From positions 48,768 to 112,767 of the forward strand of contig CAKVLG010000003.1 of assembly GCA_934756675.1 (NCBI GenBank): a stretch of DNA of 64,000 nucleotides. Reading direction: 5' to 3'. Below the pieces are notes generated by a model. That model was given only the letters and a program-made list of their open reading frames with translations, did no database searches and was not told where the DNA came from. Shown here one piece after another: positions 11,182-20,837 of the stretch. Within the stretch, counting starts at the first letter, position 1, and the number at the start of each line of letters is the position of its first letter. This DNA comes from an uncultured Clostridia bacterium. Its GTDB lineage: Bacteria > Bacillota > Clostridia > Christensenellales > UBA1242. Position numbers and translations under genes: made by a program.

Positions 11182-12600
11182 ATGAATAAAATAATAAAAA
11201 CACTAACTTTTTTAATTTTTATACTTGCGGTTGGTTTTACTTTTGCGGGCTGTGATAATGCAAGTGAAAGGAACGCAAAAGACTTGGATGCAACCATTAC
11301 ATCATTTATCAACCAAACAAGTAGCCTTGACTGGGCAGACAGTTACACTTTTGCAAATGCAAGCAGTGCACATTCTTCGCAGTCAACAACAAACACAACA
11401 ACAAGCACATCTAACACAAGCAAATATGTAACATACAACACATCTAGCATGCAAAACAATCTCACAAATGTAGAAAATAAACTTGGAAAGATTATTGCGA
11501 AAAAAGCAAGTATTGATACATATTTAAACAATCTTTCTAATGGTACATTATCGCTTTCTAGCGAGGATCAATCAGCTTTAAACGCTTACAAAAACATTAT
11601 TAAAGAAAGTACATCATATCTTGAATCAAATAATGGCACAATAAGAAATACTATGGCATTAATTACAAGTAACATTCAAGAAAATGCAAATAATAACATA
11701 ATTAATTCTTATATAATTAGATGCAACGAAATCATAAGTTCTCGTATGGCTAAAATAGATTCTGCATATTCTTCTATGGAAGCTATAGAAACCATTTTAA
11801 AGGCATCAAGTTCCACAAATGAACAAAAAACCGCAAATTCTACACAAAATAATGATAAAAATGTAGTAAAAACACAAAATAAAACAACAAAAACTGAAAC
11901 AAATAAAAATTTAAACACAAATAATATATCAAACAGCACAAACAATAACAATAAAAATAATACAACTAGCCTTATCGTAAATAAAGCACAAAATAGCACA
12001 AATCAAACTACAAATCAAACCAATAACGACACAAGCAAATTGACAAATAATTGGTCAACAACTAATCAATCTATCAAACAAAATTCTACGAGCTCAAATA
12101 ACGGCGGACAAATAACAAACACAACTACTACAAGTAACAATTCTAGACCTATAGCAACAAACAATAGTCAATCTAACCAAAATATAACAACATATCCAAC
12201 AATAAATAATCGTTCAATTTATTACGCAAGATACCGCAGATACCCTAACGGTTATTATGGTCCAGTTCCCACTCCTCCAAACAACAGTTCAAACAAACCA
12301 ATAATCACATCAACAAGTAACATGAATAATCAAAACTCACAGACTAACAATGTATCAACAAATTCACAAAACAACACAAATAACAATTATCAATACAACA
12401 AAATGAGCACAAGACAAAACTCTAACACAATTAGACCTAACTATAGTCAAAACAACAACATAACATATACAACAAGCATGAACAATCAAAACCATGGCAT
12501 GCAAGTTTCAAAAATATATAACACAAATCAAAATTCATCAAATAACTATTCTGGTCAAGTTGTGAATAACAACATACCAGCAACACATGTTCCATATTAA
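11182..12600 (+). CDS. Asn/Thr/Ser/Gln-rich lipoprotein, function unknown
   Basis: ATG 11182 has GGAG 7 nt upstream. Signal peptide MNKIIKTLTFLIFILAVGFTFAGC ends in lipobox FAGC. A helical-looking region of about 230 aa is followed by about 240 aa of N/T/S/Q low complexity. Confidence 0.6.
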   Translation: MNKIIKTLTFLIFILAVGFTFAGCDNASERNAKDLDATITSFINQTSSLDWADSYTFANASSAHSSQSTTNTTTSTSNTSKYVTYNTSSMQNNLTNVENKLGKIIAKKASIDTYLNNLSNGTLSLSSEDQSALNAYKNIIKESTSYLESNNGTIRNTMALITSNIQENANNNIINSYIIRCNEIISSRMAKIDSAYSSMEAIETILKASSSTNEQKTANSTQNNDKNVVKTQNKTTKTETNKNLNTNNISNSTNNNNKNNTTSLIVNKAQNSTNQTTNQTNNDTSKLTNNWSTTNQSIKQNSTSSNNGGQITNTTTTSNNSRPIATNNSQSNQNITTYPTINNRSIYYARYRRYPNGYYGPVPTPPNNSSNKPIITSTSNMNNQNSQTNNVSTNSQNNTNNNYQYNKMSTRQNSNTIRPNYSQNNNITYTTSMNNQNHGMQVSKIYNTNQNSSNNYSGQVVNNNIPATHVPY

Positions 12601-12623
12601 AAAAACACCGCTATGGTGTTTTT
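12601..12623. terminator. bidirectional intrinsic terminator between the lipoprotein gene and sigF
   Basis: AAAAACACC-GCTAT-GGTGTTTTT is a 9-bp stem with A/T runs on both sides. It fills exactly the gap between the two convergent stop codons. Confidence 0.8.
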
Positions 12624-13364
12624 TTATATTATTTGTTTTTTAAGTTGCATTAATATTTTGTTTTCCAGTCTAGAAACTTGCACTTGCGAAACGCCAAGCA
12701 TTTCTGCTATTTCTGATTGAGTTTTGCCACGATAATACCTGAGCAAAATTATTTTTTTATCCCTACCACTAAGTTTATTGATTGAATCTGCAAGTTGAAT
12801 TTTATCTATTAACTGTTCGTTTTTATCTTCGACCACAAGCCTATCAAGCAGATCAGAACTTTTTTCGTCACTCTCATCAATCTTACTATTAAGCGAAATA
12901 AGCGCTTTTGAAGAATCTAGTGCAAAGACTACATCTTCTTCATCTTCGCCGAGCGTTTCCGCAATTACCTTTACTGGTGGTGGTTCATCATAAACTTTTG
13001 TATAGTCGTCAATAAAACTTTTTACTTTGGCCGCAAGTTGCTTCATTGCGCGTGAAACTTTTATTGCCCCATCGTCACGCAAAAATCTTTTTATTTCACC
13101 TGCTACCATTGGCACACAATATGTAGAAAATTTTACATCAAACTTTTCGTCGAAGTTTTTTATTGCCTTTAAGAAACCAAGCACACCTAACTGATACAAA
13201 TCTTCATACTCAACTCCGCGATTTTGAAAATTCTTTACAACGGATTTTATGAGTGGAAAGTGCCCATTTAACAATTTTTCTTTAGCATTTTCGTCACCAT
13301 CTCGTGCAAGATGAATTGCCGCAATGGTTTCTTCATTAGAAAGCGGTACAAAATTTTCTTCCAT
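12624..13364 (-). CDS. sigF: sporulation sigma factor SigF
   Basis: 246-aa sigma-70 family protein (regions 2-4: YEDLYQLGVLGFLKAIKNFD, GKTQSEIAEMLGVSQVQVSRLE). It is the third gene after spoIIAA-spoIIAB. Confidence 0.9.
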   Translation of the reverse strand: MEENFVPLSNEETIAAIHLARDGDENAKEKLLNGHFPLIKSVVKNFQNRGVEYEDLYQLGVLGFLKAIKNFDEKFDVKFSTYCVPMVAGEIKRFLRDDGAIKVSRAMKQLAAKVKSFIDDYTKVYDEPPPVKVIAETLGEDEEDVVFALDSSKALISLNSKIDESDEKSSDLLDRLVVEDKNEQLIDKIQLADSINKLSGRDKKIILLRYYRGKTQSEIAEMLGVSQVQVSRLENKILMQLKKQII

Positions 13365-13375
13365 AATAATACCAC

Positions 13376-13798
13376 TTACTTAATAAATTTTTTCATAAAC
13401 ACACAAACGCCACCTTCTTCATTGTTTGTAACATCAAGCTCGTCCATAAACGATTCCATCAATGTAAACCCCATTCCCGAGCGTTCTTCACGCGATTTTG
13501 TGGTAAAAAAAGGTTGTTTAGCCTTTTGAATATCTGCAATGCCAATGCCATTATCAACGATAGATATTTCAACAACACCTTCGGCAAGCCCCACCGAAAC
13601 ATAAATTTTTCCACCGTTATTTTGGTAGCCATGCACAATAGAGTTTGTCACAGCTTCACTAACTGCCGTTTTTATATCATTAATTTCAGACAAACTTGGA
13701 TTTAGGGGAACACAAAACGCCGCAACCATACTTCTTATAAACCCTTCATTTTCAAGTTTTGCATCTATTTCCATAGAAAATTTGTTTAAATATTTCAT
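13376..13798 (-). CDS. spoIIAB: anti-sigma F factor SpoIIAB (serine kinase)
   Basis: 140-aa GHKL ATPase with motifs EAVTNSIVHG, DNGIGI and GMGF. Operon position fits. Confidence 0.9.
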   Translation of the reverse strand: MKYLNKFSMEIDAKLENEGFIRSMVAAFCVPLNPSLSEINDIKTAVSEAVTNSIVHGYQNNGGKIYVSVGLAEGVVEISIVDNGIGIADIQKAKQPFFTTKSREERSGMGFTLMESFMDELDVTNNEEGGVCVFMKKFIK

Positions 13799-13806
13799 AT
13801 TAACTC

Positions 13807-14124
13807 CTAACCAATCTTTGGCATAATTTCGTATATACCCGTCATCTTTAGAATTCTATCTACATGTCCTGTGGGATTTTTTATGTAGATATCAATATCA
13901 TTCTTTTTAAATTTATTATATCTACCAAGCAAAACACCAATTCCCGTGCTATCCATAAAAGACACACCCGAAAAATCTAGCACAAGCTTTGCATCATCAA
14001 TGCAAGACAAATCTCTAAGCAATGTATCAAGTGAAATTCTCACATGCTCCGCTGTAAACTCGTCTAATTCGCCACGAAGCACTGCTGTTAAAATATTTTC
14101 GTGAGTTTTATAACTAATTTCCAT
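13807..14124 (-). CDS. spoIIAA: anti-sigma F factor antagonist SpoIIAA (STAS)
   Basis: 105-aa STAS domain with phosphorylatable-Ser context FMDSTGIGVLLG. First gene of the spoIIA operon. Confidence 0.88.
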   Translation of the reverse strand: MEISYKTHENILTAVLRGELDEFTAEHVRISLDTLLRDLSCIDDAKLVLDFSGVSFMDSTGIGVLLGRYNKFKKNDIDIYIKNPTGHVDRILKMTGIYEIMPKIG

Positions 14125-14215
14125 TTTGTCCCCCTTGCACTAGTATGTTAACACTTGCCCACAATTTTACATACATATAAAAATTGATTTTTTTAGTGTT
14201 TTTTGTAAAATTTGC

Positions 14216-14246
14216 AATAAAAAAGATGAGAATTTATCTCATCTTT
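14216..14246 (-). terminator. intrinsic terminator after the ArsR-like gene
   Basis: Minus strand reads AAAGATGAG-ATAAATT-CTCATCTTT then TTTATTG. The 9-bp stem overlaps the stop codon at 14245..14247. Confidence 0.7.
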
Positions 14247-14568
14247 ACATTTCTTCTTGTTCTTCGAAGAATATATCTGACTTGGCCTTTTCTCCAGCAG
14301 TGCGAACAAGCGCAAGAGTGTAAGCATCGTTGATACTATATTTCTTGCTTGATGACTTATAAATAAGTCTGCTTGTCTCTAAATTTTCAAGCTTACTTTC
14401 TAGTTCATCTTTTCTTAGATGAGTAGATAAATAAAGTTCTTCTATCGAGTGGTTTTCGCTTGTCAAATTTGACAATATCATAAGTGACGATTTATCAGAC
14501 AATATTTTAAAAATGTCCGACATCTTTCTCTGTAACTCTTTTGTAACAATACTTTGATTAAAATTCAT
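14245..14568 (-). CDS. small winged-helix (ArsR/SmtB-like) protein
   Basis: 107 aa. IFKILSDKSSLMILSNLTSENHSIEELYLSTHLRKDELESKLENLETSRLIY fits the ArsR-type HTH pattern. A TTGACA-17-TACACT promoter candidate lies upstream. Confidence 0.4.
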   Translation of the reverse strand: MNFNQSIVTKELQRKMSDIFKILSDKSSLMILSNLTSENHSIEELYLSTHLRKDELESKLENLETSRLIYKSSSKKYSINDAYTLALVRTAGEKAKSDIFFEEQEEM

Positions 14569-14668
14569 GCAATATCTCCTTTAGCGTAAAAAGTTCAGTC
14601 AGTGTACTACTTTTTAGTCACATTGTCAATGGGAAAATTGCAAAATAAATTAAATAAAACGTCGAAAT

Positions 14669-16195
14669 TTAAAACAGTGGTGTGTATGCCTTTATAAGTG
14701 CACACGCAATCCTTGTTAAAACGTTTTGTCTGTAGCCTTTCATGTTCACAGCTGTCAACAAAATATTGTCAAAATCTCGCTTTATATCCTTCAAGCATTT
14801 TGTGTTATACATGAGCACGCCGCATTCGTAATGGTGCAAAAGACTACGATAATCCATATTAATCGTGCCAACAATCGCAAGTTTTTCGTCAACCAATATT
14901 TGCTTAGCATGTAAAAAACCTTCTTTGAACTCATAAATTTCAACACCATGTTCTTGGAGCGCTTTATATGACGAACGAGTTATCGAAAAAACGATCTTTT
15001 TGTCTGGAATATGCGGTGTAACGATTACAACGCGAACGCCGCGGTCACTTGCAAGTGTCAATGCGTTTTTAAGTTTACTATCAATAATCAGGTATGGCGT
15101 TGTTATATAAATAGATTTTTTTGCATTAGATATCAAATTAAGTAAAATGTTTTCGGCAATATTTTCACCATACAAATACTTCGGACCATCACCAAATGGA
15201 CAAATAACACCATCTGTTTCAACATTTTTGTCGCACAGATATTTATCACAACTTTCGAACACTTGCATTTGAATATTGTAAATTTGCATAAACAGACAAA
15301 CAAGGTTATTTACTGCTGACCCACAAATCTTTATTGCGGAATCTTTCCAATAACCATATGGCTGAACTTTGTTTATATATTCATCTGCCAAATTTATACC
15401 GCCAACATAACCAATATTCCCATCGATCACCGTTATTTTTCTGTGGTCACGATTATTATAGAGTGATGAAGTTGCTCTCGAAAATTCATTAAACCTAATA
15501 CATTTTATTCCGTCTTTCCTTACTTTTTTATAAAAATTGCTTGGAAGTTTAGACATTGTGCCAAGATCATCATATATAATTCTTACATCAACACCACTTT
15601 TAGCTTTTTCCTTTAACACCTTGTAAATGCTATTCCACATAACACCTTTTTCGATGATAAAGTATTCCATAAAGATATATTTTTTAGCGTTACTCAAATT
15701 TTCGAGCAAATCCTTGAAAAACAACTCACCTGTTGAAAAGAATTCAGCGTTCGAATTCGTGTAAGAACGCATAGATGTTGAATTATATATATAGTTAAAC
15801 TGGCCGTAATAATCACCAAGTTTATTCTTTAAATCGCATTTATCGTCATCGGTCAATGCTTGCAACTGTCGACCTTCCCTAACAATCTCTTCAAAATGTT
15901 TTTTTATTTTTCTTGGAAGCTTTGGTGTGATAAACATCGCACAAATCGCAATACCTAAAATTGGAGCTATTGTACAAAGAATAATTAGTGGCAACTGCCC
16001 CTCAATTATCATATCAGAATTAATGATCAGCACAACAACTATTAAACCAATTATCGAAAGTATTAAGTTAATTGGTATAGATGGAAAACTCTCCCCAACA
16101 ACAATTGGAACAAAAATATAAAACGATATTTGTATTAGCAAAGCAATTATAATCAATGTAAATCTACTAAAAATAAACTTAAATATTTTTCTCAT
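14669..16195 (-). CDS. cls: cardiolipin synthase
   Basis: Two HKD motifs (HRKITVIDG and LHAKQILVDEK) and N-terminal TM helices. ATG at 16195 is preferred; the track ORF begins at a TTG at 16234. Confidence 0.88.
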   Translation of the reverse strand: MRKIFKFIFSRFTLIIIALLIQISFYIFVPIVVGESFPSIPINLILSIIGLIVVVLIINSDMIIEGQLPLIILCTIAPILGIAICAMFITPKLPRKIKKHFEEIVREGRQLQALTDDDKCDLKNKLGDYYGQFNYIYNSTSMRSYTNSNAEFFSTGELFFKDLLENLSNAKKYIFMEYFIIEKGVMWNSIYKVLKEKAKSGVDVRIIYDDLGTMSKLPSNFYKKVRKDGIKCIRFNEFSRATSSLYNNRDHRKITVIDGNIGYVGGINLADEYINKVQPYGYWKDSAIKICGSAVNNLVCLFMQIYNIQMQVFESCDKYLCDKNVETDGVICPFGDGPKYLYGENIAENILLNLISNAKKSIYITTPYLIIDSKLKNALTLASDRGVRVVIVTPHIPDKKIVFSITRSSYKALQEHGVEIYEFKEGFLHAKQILVDEKLAIVGTINMDYRSLLHHYECGVLMYNTKCLKDIKRDFDNILLTAVNMKGYRQNVLTRIACALIKAYTPLF

Positions 16196-16289
16196 AAGTA
16201 AATTATATCTATTTTTTTCAAATTTTACAAGCAAATATAAATTTTAGAACCCCAATACCACTAAAAATACATAAGAAAAATAAACAAAA

Positions 16290-16322
16290 CAAAAAGAAGT
16301 TAGAAAACTAACTTCTTTTTTC
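16290..16322 (-). terminator. intrinsic terminator ending the tRNA operon
   Basis: AGAAGTTAG-(4 nt loop)-CTAACTTCT is a 9-bp stem flanked by A and T runs, immediately 3' of tRNA-Thr on the minus strand. Confidence 0.75.
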
Positions 16323-16397
<75 letters not shown>

Positions 16398-16405
16398 ATG
16401 TGTAT

Positions 16406-16490
16406 TGGTGGGAAGAGATGGATTCGAACCATCGAAGACGTAGTCGACGGATTTACAGTCCGTTGCATTTGGCCGCTCTGCAATCTTCCC
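16406..16490 (-). tRNA. tRNA-Tyr (anticodon GTA)
   Basis: 85 nt with a long variable arm. Anticodon arm ACGGA-CTGTAAA-TCCGT, T-loop GGTTCGAATCC, encoded CCA. Confidence 0.9.
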
Positions 16491-16532
16491 ATAAATGGAT
16501 TTTCATGTAGCCAGTACTGGGAACTGAAAATC

Positions 16533-16608
16533 TGGTGCCTCGGGGCGGAATCGAACCACCGACACGGAGATTTTCAGTCTCCTGCTCTACCGACTGAGCT
16601 ACCGAGGC
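16533..16608 (-). tRNA. tRNA-Phe (anticodon GAA)
   Basis: GCCTCGGTAGCTCAGTCGGTAGAGC, anticodon arm GGAGA-CTGAAAA-TCTCC, GGTTCGATTCC, encoded CCA. Confidence 0.92.
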
Positions 16609-16639
16609 TTAAAAGAAGGCCTCAAAAACTAGAATAAAG

Positions 16640-16716
16640 TGGCGACTCCAAACAGACTTGAACTGTCGACCTCCTGCGTGACAGGCAGGCGCTCTAACCA
16701 ACTGAGCTATGGAGCC
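16640..16716 (-). tRNA. tRNA-Asp (anticodon GTC)
   Basis: GGCTCCATAGCTCAGTTGGTTAGAGC, anticodon arm CCTGC-CTGTCAC-GCAGG, encoded CCA. Confidence 0.92.
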
Positions 16717-16723
16717 ACGAATA

Positions 16724-16800
16724 TGGTGGGCCTTCACGGACTTGAACCGCGGACAAACCGGTTATGAGCCGGTTGCTCTAACCAACTGAGCTAAAGGCCC
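16724..16800 (-). tRNA. tRNA with CAT anticodon (elongator Met; Ile2/lysidine type cannot be excluded by eye)
   Basis: GGGCCTTTAGCTCAGTTGGTTAGAGC, anticodon arm ACCGG-CTCATAA-CCGGT, encoded CCA. The paired 1:72 position argues against an initiator. Confidence 0.85.
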
Positions 16801-16828
16801 AAACGCCAGTTGCATCAGCTTGATTATA

Positions 16829-16905
16829 TGGTCGGGGTGAAGAGACTCGAACTCCCGGCCCCATGGACCCAAACCACGTGCGCTACCAAACTGCGCTACA
16901 CCCCG
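16829..16905 (-). tRNA. tRNA-Pro (anticodon TGG)
   Basis: CGGGGTGTAGCGCAGTTTGGTAGCGC, anticodon arm CGTGG-TTTGGGT-CCATG, GAGTTCGAGTCTC, encoded CCA. Confidence 0.9.
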
Positions 16906-16934
16906 ACGAATTATTATCTCGAGCTGACCAGTCA

Positions 16935-16963
16935 AATATACACTATACTGGCAGCAATGTCAA
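16935..16963 (-). promoter_or_regulatory. sigma-A type promoter of the 6-tRNA operon
   Basis: Minus strand TTGACA-17 nt-TATATT, about 30 nt upstream of tRNA-Pro. Confidence 0.65.
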
Positions 16964-16993
16964 CAATAATTGCAAAAAAAATTGAAATTTTTG

Positions 16994-18565
16994 TTAATCT
17001 ATTCCGAGATAATCATTATATGTTGTTTCTTTGTCATACACCTTAGTTTTATCGATCACAATAATACGATTTGCAACAGTCTGCAAAATCTCGTGGTCTT
17101 GTGAAGTGAAAAGCATTGGCGACTTATAATTAATCATACCTTTGTTAAGAGCTGTGATAGATTCTAGATCTAAGTGATTGGTAGGTTCGTCCAAAATTAA
17201 GCAGTTACCAGCCGTAAGCATGGCACGCGCCATCATACATCTAACCTTTTCACCACCACTAATAACCTTAGCCTTTTTATTACCTTCTTCGCCTGTGAAA
17301 AGCATTCTTCCAAGCCAGCCGCGAATAAATGTGGCATCTTTTTCTTTAGAATATTGAGCAAGCCAATCAACAAGTGACAAATCACAATCTTTAAAGTATT
17401 TTTCGTTGTTTTCTGGCAAATAACCAACTGTTACAGTAGAACCCCACTTAAACGAGCCGCTGTCAGCTTTTTCTTCGCCAACTAAAATCTTAAAGAGCAT
17501 AGTAATAACGTTTGCTTTATCGCAAAGAAAAGCAATTTTGTCGTTTTTATTGACAGTAAACGACACGTTTTCGAAATATCCTTTTTTAGTAAGGTTTTCT
17601 ACTTTCAATATATCGTTACCAACTTCCCTTTCTGGTCTAAAATCTATGTATGGATATTTCCTAGAAGAAGGCTTAATGTCTGCAAATTCAAGTTTTTCAA
17701 GTTCCTTCTTTCTGCTAGTTGCTTGTTTACTTTTAGAAGCATTAGCCGAAAATCTTGCAATAAATTCTTTAAGCTCAGCTGCACGCTGTTCTGCTTTTTT
17801 GTTCTGCTCACGCGCTTGCCTTTGCAATAGTTGGTTTGTTTCATACCAGAAATCATAGTTACCAACATACATATTGATTTTACCATAGTCAACATCGCAA
17901 ATATGTGTACAAATTCTATTTAAGAAATATCTGTTGTGCGAAACAACAATTACCATGTTTTCAAAGTTAAGTAAAAAGTTTTCGAGCCAGTTAACGGTTT
18001 TTACATCAAGATTGTTTGTAGGTTCATCTAGCACCAAAATATCTGGGTTCATGAAAAGCGCACGTGCAAGCAACACTTTGACCTTAACTTTTGGTTCAAC
18101 GTCACGCATAAGCGTATAAAGTAAACTACTGTCAACACCAATTTCCGAAAGCAAAGATTGCGCTTCACTTTCTGCTTCCCAACCACCAATTTCACCAAAC
18201 TCAAATTGAAGGTCTGCCATATGCATACCATCTTCGTCTGTAATATCTGGTTTAATATACAAACTATCAAGTTCGTTTTTTATTTCCATTAAACGTTTGT
18301 GCCCACCAAGAACAGTGTCGAGCACGGTTAAATCATCAAATGCATTTTGGTTTTGAGCAAGTATACTCATACGTTCGCCACTATCGATTGTAACGCTACC
18401 AGAACTTGGTTCAAGCTCACCACAAAGCACTTTTAAAAATGTTGATTTACCAGCACCGTTTGCACCAATAATACCATAGCAGTTACCTTTTTGGAACTTC
18501 AAATTAACTTCATCAAAAAGCACTCTTCCACCAAATTGAACTCTAACATTATTAACTACTATCAT
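16994..18565 (-). CDS. ABC-F family ATPase (no TM domain; translation-factor type)
   Basis: 523 aa with two ABC cassettes (GANGAGKST with LSGGEK-type signatures; Walker B LVLDEPTN and LILDEPTN) joined by a charged linker. The 5' UTR is short. Confidence 0.85.
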   Translation of the reverse strand: MIVVNNVRVQFGGRVLFDEVNLKFQKGNCYGIIGANGAGKSTFLKVLCGELEPSSGSVTIDSGERMSILAQNQNAFDDLTVLDTVLGGHKRLMEIKNELDSLYIKPDITDEDGMHMADLQFEFGEIGGWEAESEAQSLLSEIGVDSSLLYTLMRDVEPKVKVKVLLARALFMNPDILVLDEPTNNLDVKTVNWLENFLLNFENMVIVVSHNRYFLNRICTHICDVDYGKINMYVGNYDFWYETNQLLQRQAREQNKKAEQRAAELKEFIARFSANASKSKQATSRKKELEKLEFADIKPSSRKYPYIDFRPEREVGNDILKVENLTKKGYFENVSFTVNKNDKIAFLCDKANVITMLFKILVGEEKADSGSFKWGSTVTVGYLPENNEKYFKDCDLSLVDWLAQYSKEKDATFIRGWLGRMLFTGEEGNKKAKVISGGEKVRCMMARAMLTAGNCLILDEPTNHLDLESITALNKGMINYKSPMLFTSQDHEILQTVANRIIVIDKTKVYDKETTYNDYLGID

Positions 18566-18587
18566 AAAAAGACTCCTTTGCCCGTTA

Positions 18588-18616
18588 AGTTTAACTTATA
18601 TTTACTTTATTGTCAA
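18588..18616 (-). promoter_or_regulatory. promoter candidate for the ABC-F gene at 16994..18565
   Basis: Minus strand TTGACA-17 nt-TAAACT followed by AAAGGAG and ATG. Confidence 0.5.
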
Positions 18617-18683
18617 CCAAAAGCCACACAAATCATTTGCTATATATTTTTAATTTTGCTAAACTATTCAAAAGGAGAAAAAT

Positions 18684-19646
18684 ATGAATTATACAGTTCT
18701 TGGTTGTGGCAGATGGGGTTCTTTTATCGCCTGGTATCTAGACCACACCGGTCACAAAACAACAATGTGGGGTCGTAAACACGAAGATTATGTGCGTGAG
18801 TTTTTTAAAACGCGTAAAAACGATTATGTGACTTTGCCAGAAAGCATTTATCTAACAAGCGATCTAGAAGAAGCTGTTAACAAAAACGACCATATCATTA
18901 TTTCAATTAGCAGCCAAGCTTTGCGCTCTTTTATGCAAGAAGTAAAACAAATTGACGGTTACGACAAAAAAACTTATACCCTATGCATGAAAGGAATAGA
19001 AGATCACACCGGCAAACGCCTTTCAGAAATATTAATAGAAAATGGCGTACCAAAAGAAAATATATCTGTTTGGGTTGGCCCAGGGCATATTCAAGAATTT
19101 ACCCGTGGCGTTCCTGGTTGCATGGTCATTGATGCATACGACAAAAAGCTTTCACATGATTTGATAAAAGATTTAAGATCTAACCTAATTAGATACTATC
19201 AAGGCGATGACATTATTGGTAGCGAAATTGGTGCTGCTGCAAAAAATGTTATGGGTATTGCTGCTGGCATGCTCGATGGTGGCGGTTACAGTTCACTTAA
19301 AGGTACACTTATGGCGCGCGGAGCCAGAGAGGTTTCGAGATTAATAAAAGCTGCTGGCGGCAATGAACTTTCCGCCTATGGGCTTTGTCACCTTGGCGAC
19401 TATGAAGCCACTCTTTTCTCGGAGCATAGCCATAACCGAAAGTTTGGTGAAAATTTTGTAAAAGGTGTTCCTTTTGATAAACTTGCCGAAGGCGTAAAGA
19501 CAAGTTCTGCAATGCTAAATATGGCAGAAAATCTCGGTGTAGAATTACCTATTACAAAAGCTGTTAACAAAATTATTACCCAAAATGCAGACCCTATGCA
19601 AACTTTGCTTTATTTGTTTTCTCGCACAAATTTGAACGAATTTTAA
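18684..19646 (+). CDS. gpsA: NAD(P)H-dependent glycerol-3-phosphate dehydrogenase family protein
   Basis: 320 aa with Rossmann motif VLGCGRWGS and family motif IGAAAKNVMGIAAGMLDG. GGAGA lies upstream of the ATG. Confidence 0.72.
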   Translation: MNYTVLGCGRWGSFIAWYLDHTGHKTTMWGRKHEDYVREFFKTRKNDYVTLPESIYLTSDLEEAVNKNDHIIISISSQALRSFMQEVKQIDGYDKKTYTLCMKGIEDHTGKRLSEILIENGVPKENISVWVGPGHIQEFTRGVPGCMVIDAYDKKLSHDLIKDLRSNLIRYYQGDDIIGSEIGAAAKNVMGIAAGMLDGGGYSSLKGTLMARGAREVSRLIKAAGGNELSAYGLCHLGDYEATLFSEHSHNRKFGENFVKGVPFDKLAEGVKTSSAMLNMAENLGVELPITKAVNKIITQNADPMQTLLYLFSRTNLNEF

Positions 19647-19671
19647 GAAAAATATACATTTTTTCACTTCA

Positions 19672-19698
19672 AAAGCCGCAATTTTGCGGTTTTTTGTT
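19672..19698 (+). terminator. intrinsic terminator after gpsA
   Basis: AGCCGCA-ATTT-TGCGGTT followed by TTTTTG. Confidence 0.7.
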
Positions 19699-19729
19699 TA
19701 ATTAAAATTTTTATGTTCAACATTGTTGT

Positions 19730-20215
19730 ATGGATAAAAACAAAGGTAAATGGTGGCTAGAAGCCATAATTATAATTGGTGGAACACTTGCACTTGGTGG
19801 ACTTGCAACACTACTTGGTGGCAAAATGTTTGACTTTGAAAATTACACAAAGCCAGCTGGAATTGTGCCAAAAATTATTTTTCCAATTTGTTGGTCTGTC
19901 ATTTATGTTGCTATTGGCGTTTCCACATTTCTTGTGTGGCGTGACAAAGAAATTAAAAGAAAAAACCGCGTTGCAGATGTTATTTGGTACAGCGTTCATA
20001 TGCTATTTAATGTGCTTTGGACATTGCTCTTTTTTAGATGCGGTTTGTTAATTGTTTCATGTGTCGACTTGGCGTTTGCTGTTATCACAGCACTTGTTGT
20101 CATGTATCGTTATTACGATTCAAATTTGCCAGCTGGCATCATTTTTACCGTATATGTTGCATGGTTAATTTATGCAATGTATCTAAACTTAGCAATAACA
20201 ATTTTAAATGTTTAA
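19730..20215 (+). CDS. tspO: TspO/MBR family tryptophan-rich sensory protein
   Basis: 161 aa with five TM segments and Trp-rich motifs (KWWLEAI, PICWSVIYVAIG, VLWTLLFF). Confidence 0.78.
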   Translation: MDKNKGKWWLEAIIIIGGTLALGGLATLLGGKMFDFENYTKPAGIVPKIIFPICWSVIYVAIGVSTFLVWRDKEIKRKNRVADVIWYSVHMLFNVLWTLLFFRCGLLIVSCVDLAFAVITALVVMYRYYDSNLPAGIIFTVYVAWLIYAMYLNLAITILNV

Positions 20216-20245
20216 TTGACTTTTACCACACCTAAAGTATATTAT
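20216..20245 (+). promoter_or_regulatory. promoter candidate for tRNA-Gly
   Basis: TTGACT-18 nt-TATTAT, ending 8 nt before the mature tRNA 5' end. Confidence 0.45.
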
Positions 20246-20253
20246 AATAGCAT

Positions 20254-20327
20254 GCAGGTGTGGTTCAATGGTAGAATACCAGCTTCCCAAGCTGAGGACG
20301 GGGGTTCGATTCCCCTCACCTGCTCCA
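20254..20327 (+). tRNA. tRNA-Gly (anticodon CCC)
   Basis: GCAGGTGTGGTTCAATGGTAGAATA, anticodon loop TTCCCAA, GGGTTCGATTCCC, encoded CCA. Confidence 0.88.
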
Positions 20328-20454
20328 AACAAAAAAAAGACGTAAAAGTCCTTTTTTCTTTGCAATGAAATTGAATCTTGCGGTTCAGAAATATTACCAC
20401 GTAAAAATATTAATTTGCAATGATATTTTAACACAAAATTAATTGAACATTTTT

Positions 20455-20787
20455 TTAGTTCTTTACCCCAGCAAGTGCTAAAAACTTTTTATCGGACTGT
20501 ATTGCATGCGTTATAAACTTGCCGTCACGAAATAAAGCATAAGTCGTAACAGGAGTTGGTGCATTTTGTGCCATTTCCTTGCTTTCGATGTGAACGGTTT
20601 TTATTTCAATTCCGTGTTCTTTTGCCGCCTCTTGCACCTTTGGCACCCAATAATAAATAAACGGACACTGGTCAGTATAAAAAATCACAAACCCGTCATT
20701 TTTTATTTTTGGATGCTTTGCACACTCCTTAAATTTTGGTGGCTCAGCATTTTGATCAATTGGCAAATACATATGTATGTAATTCAT
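20455..20787 (-). CDS. small thioredoxin-fold-like protein (resembles the YoaP-like C-terminal domain)
   Basis: 110 aa. The pattern FVIFYTDQCPF...IKTVHIESKEMAQNAPTPVTTYALFRDGKF recalls the YoaP-like domain. Recalled from memory only. Confidence 0.3.
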   Translation of the reverse strand: MNYIHMYLPIDQNAEPPKFKECAKHPKIKNDGFVIFYTDQCPFIYYWVPKVQEAAKEHGIEIKTVHIESKEMAQNAPTPVTTYALFRDGKFITHAIQSDKKFLALAGVKN

Positions 20788-20837
20788 ATCATATCATCTA
20801 TAATTATATTTTTACACAACAACACTTTAACAATAAT

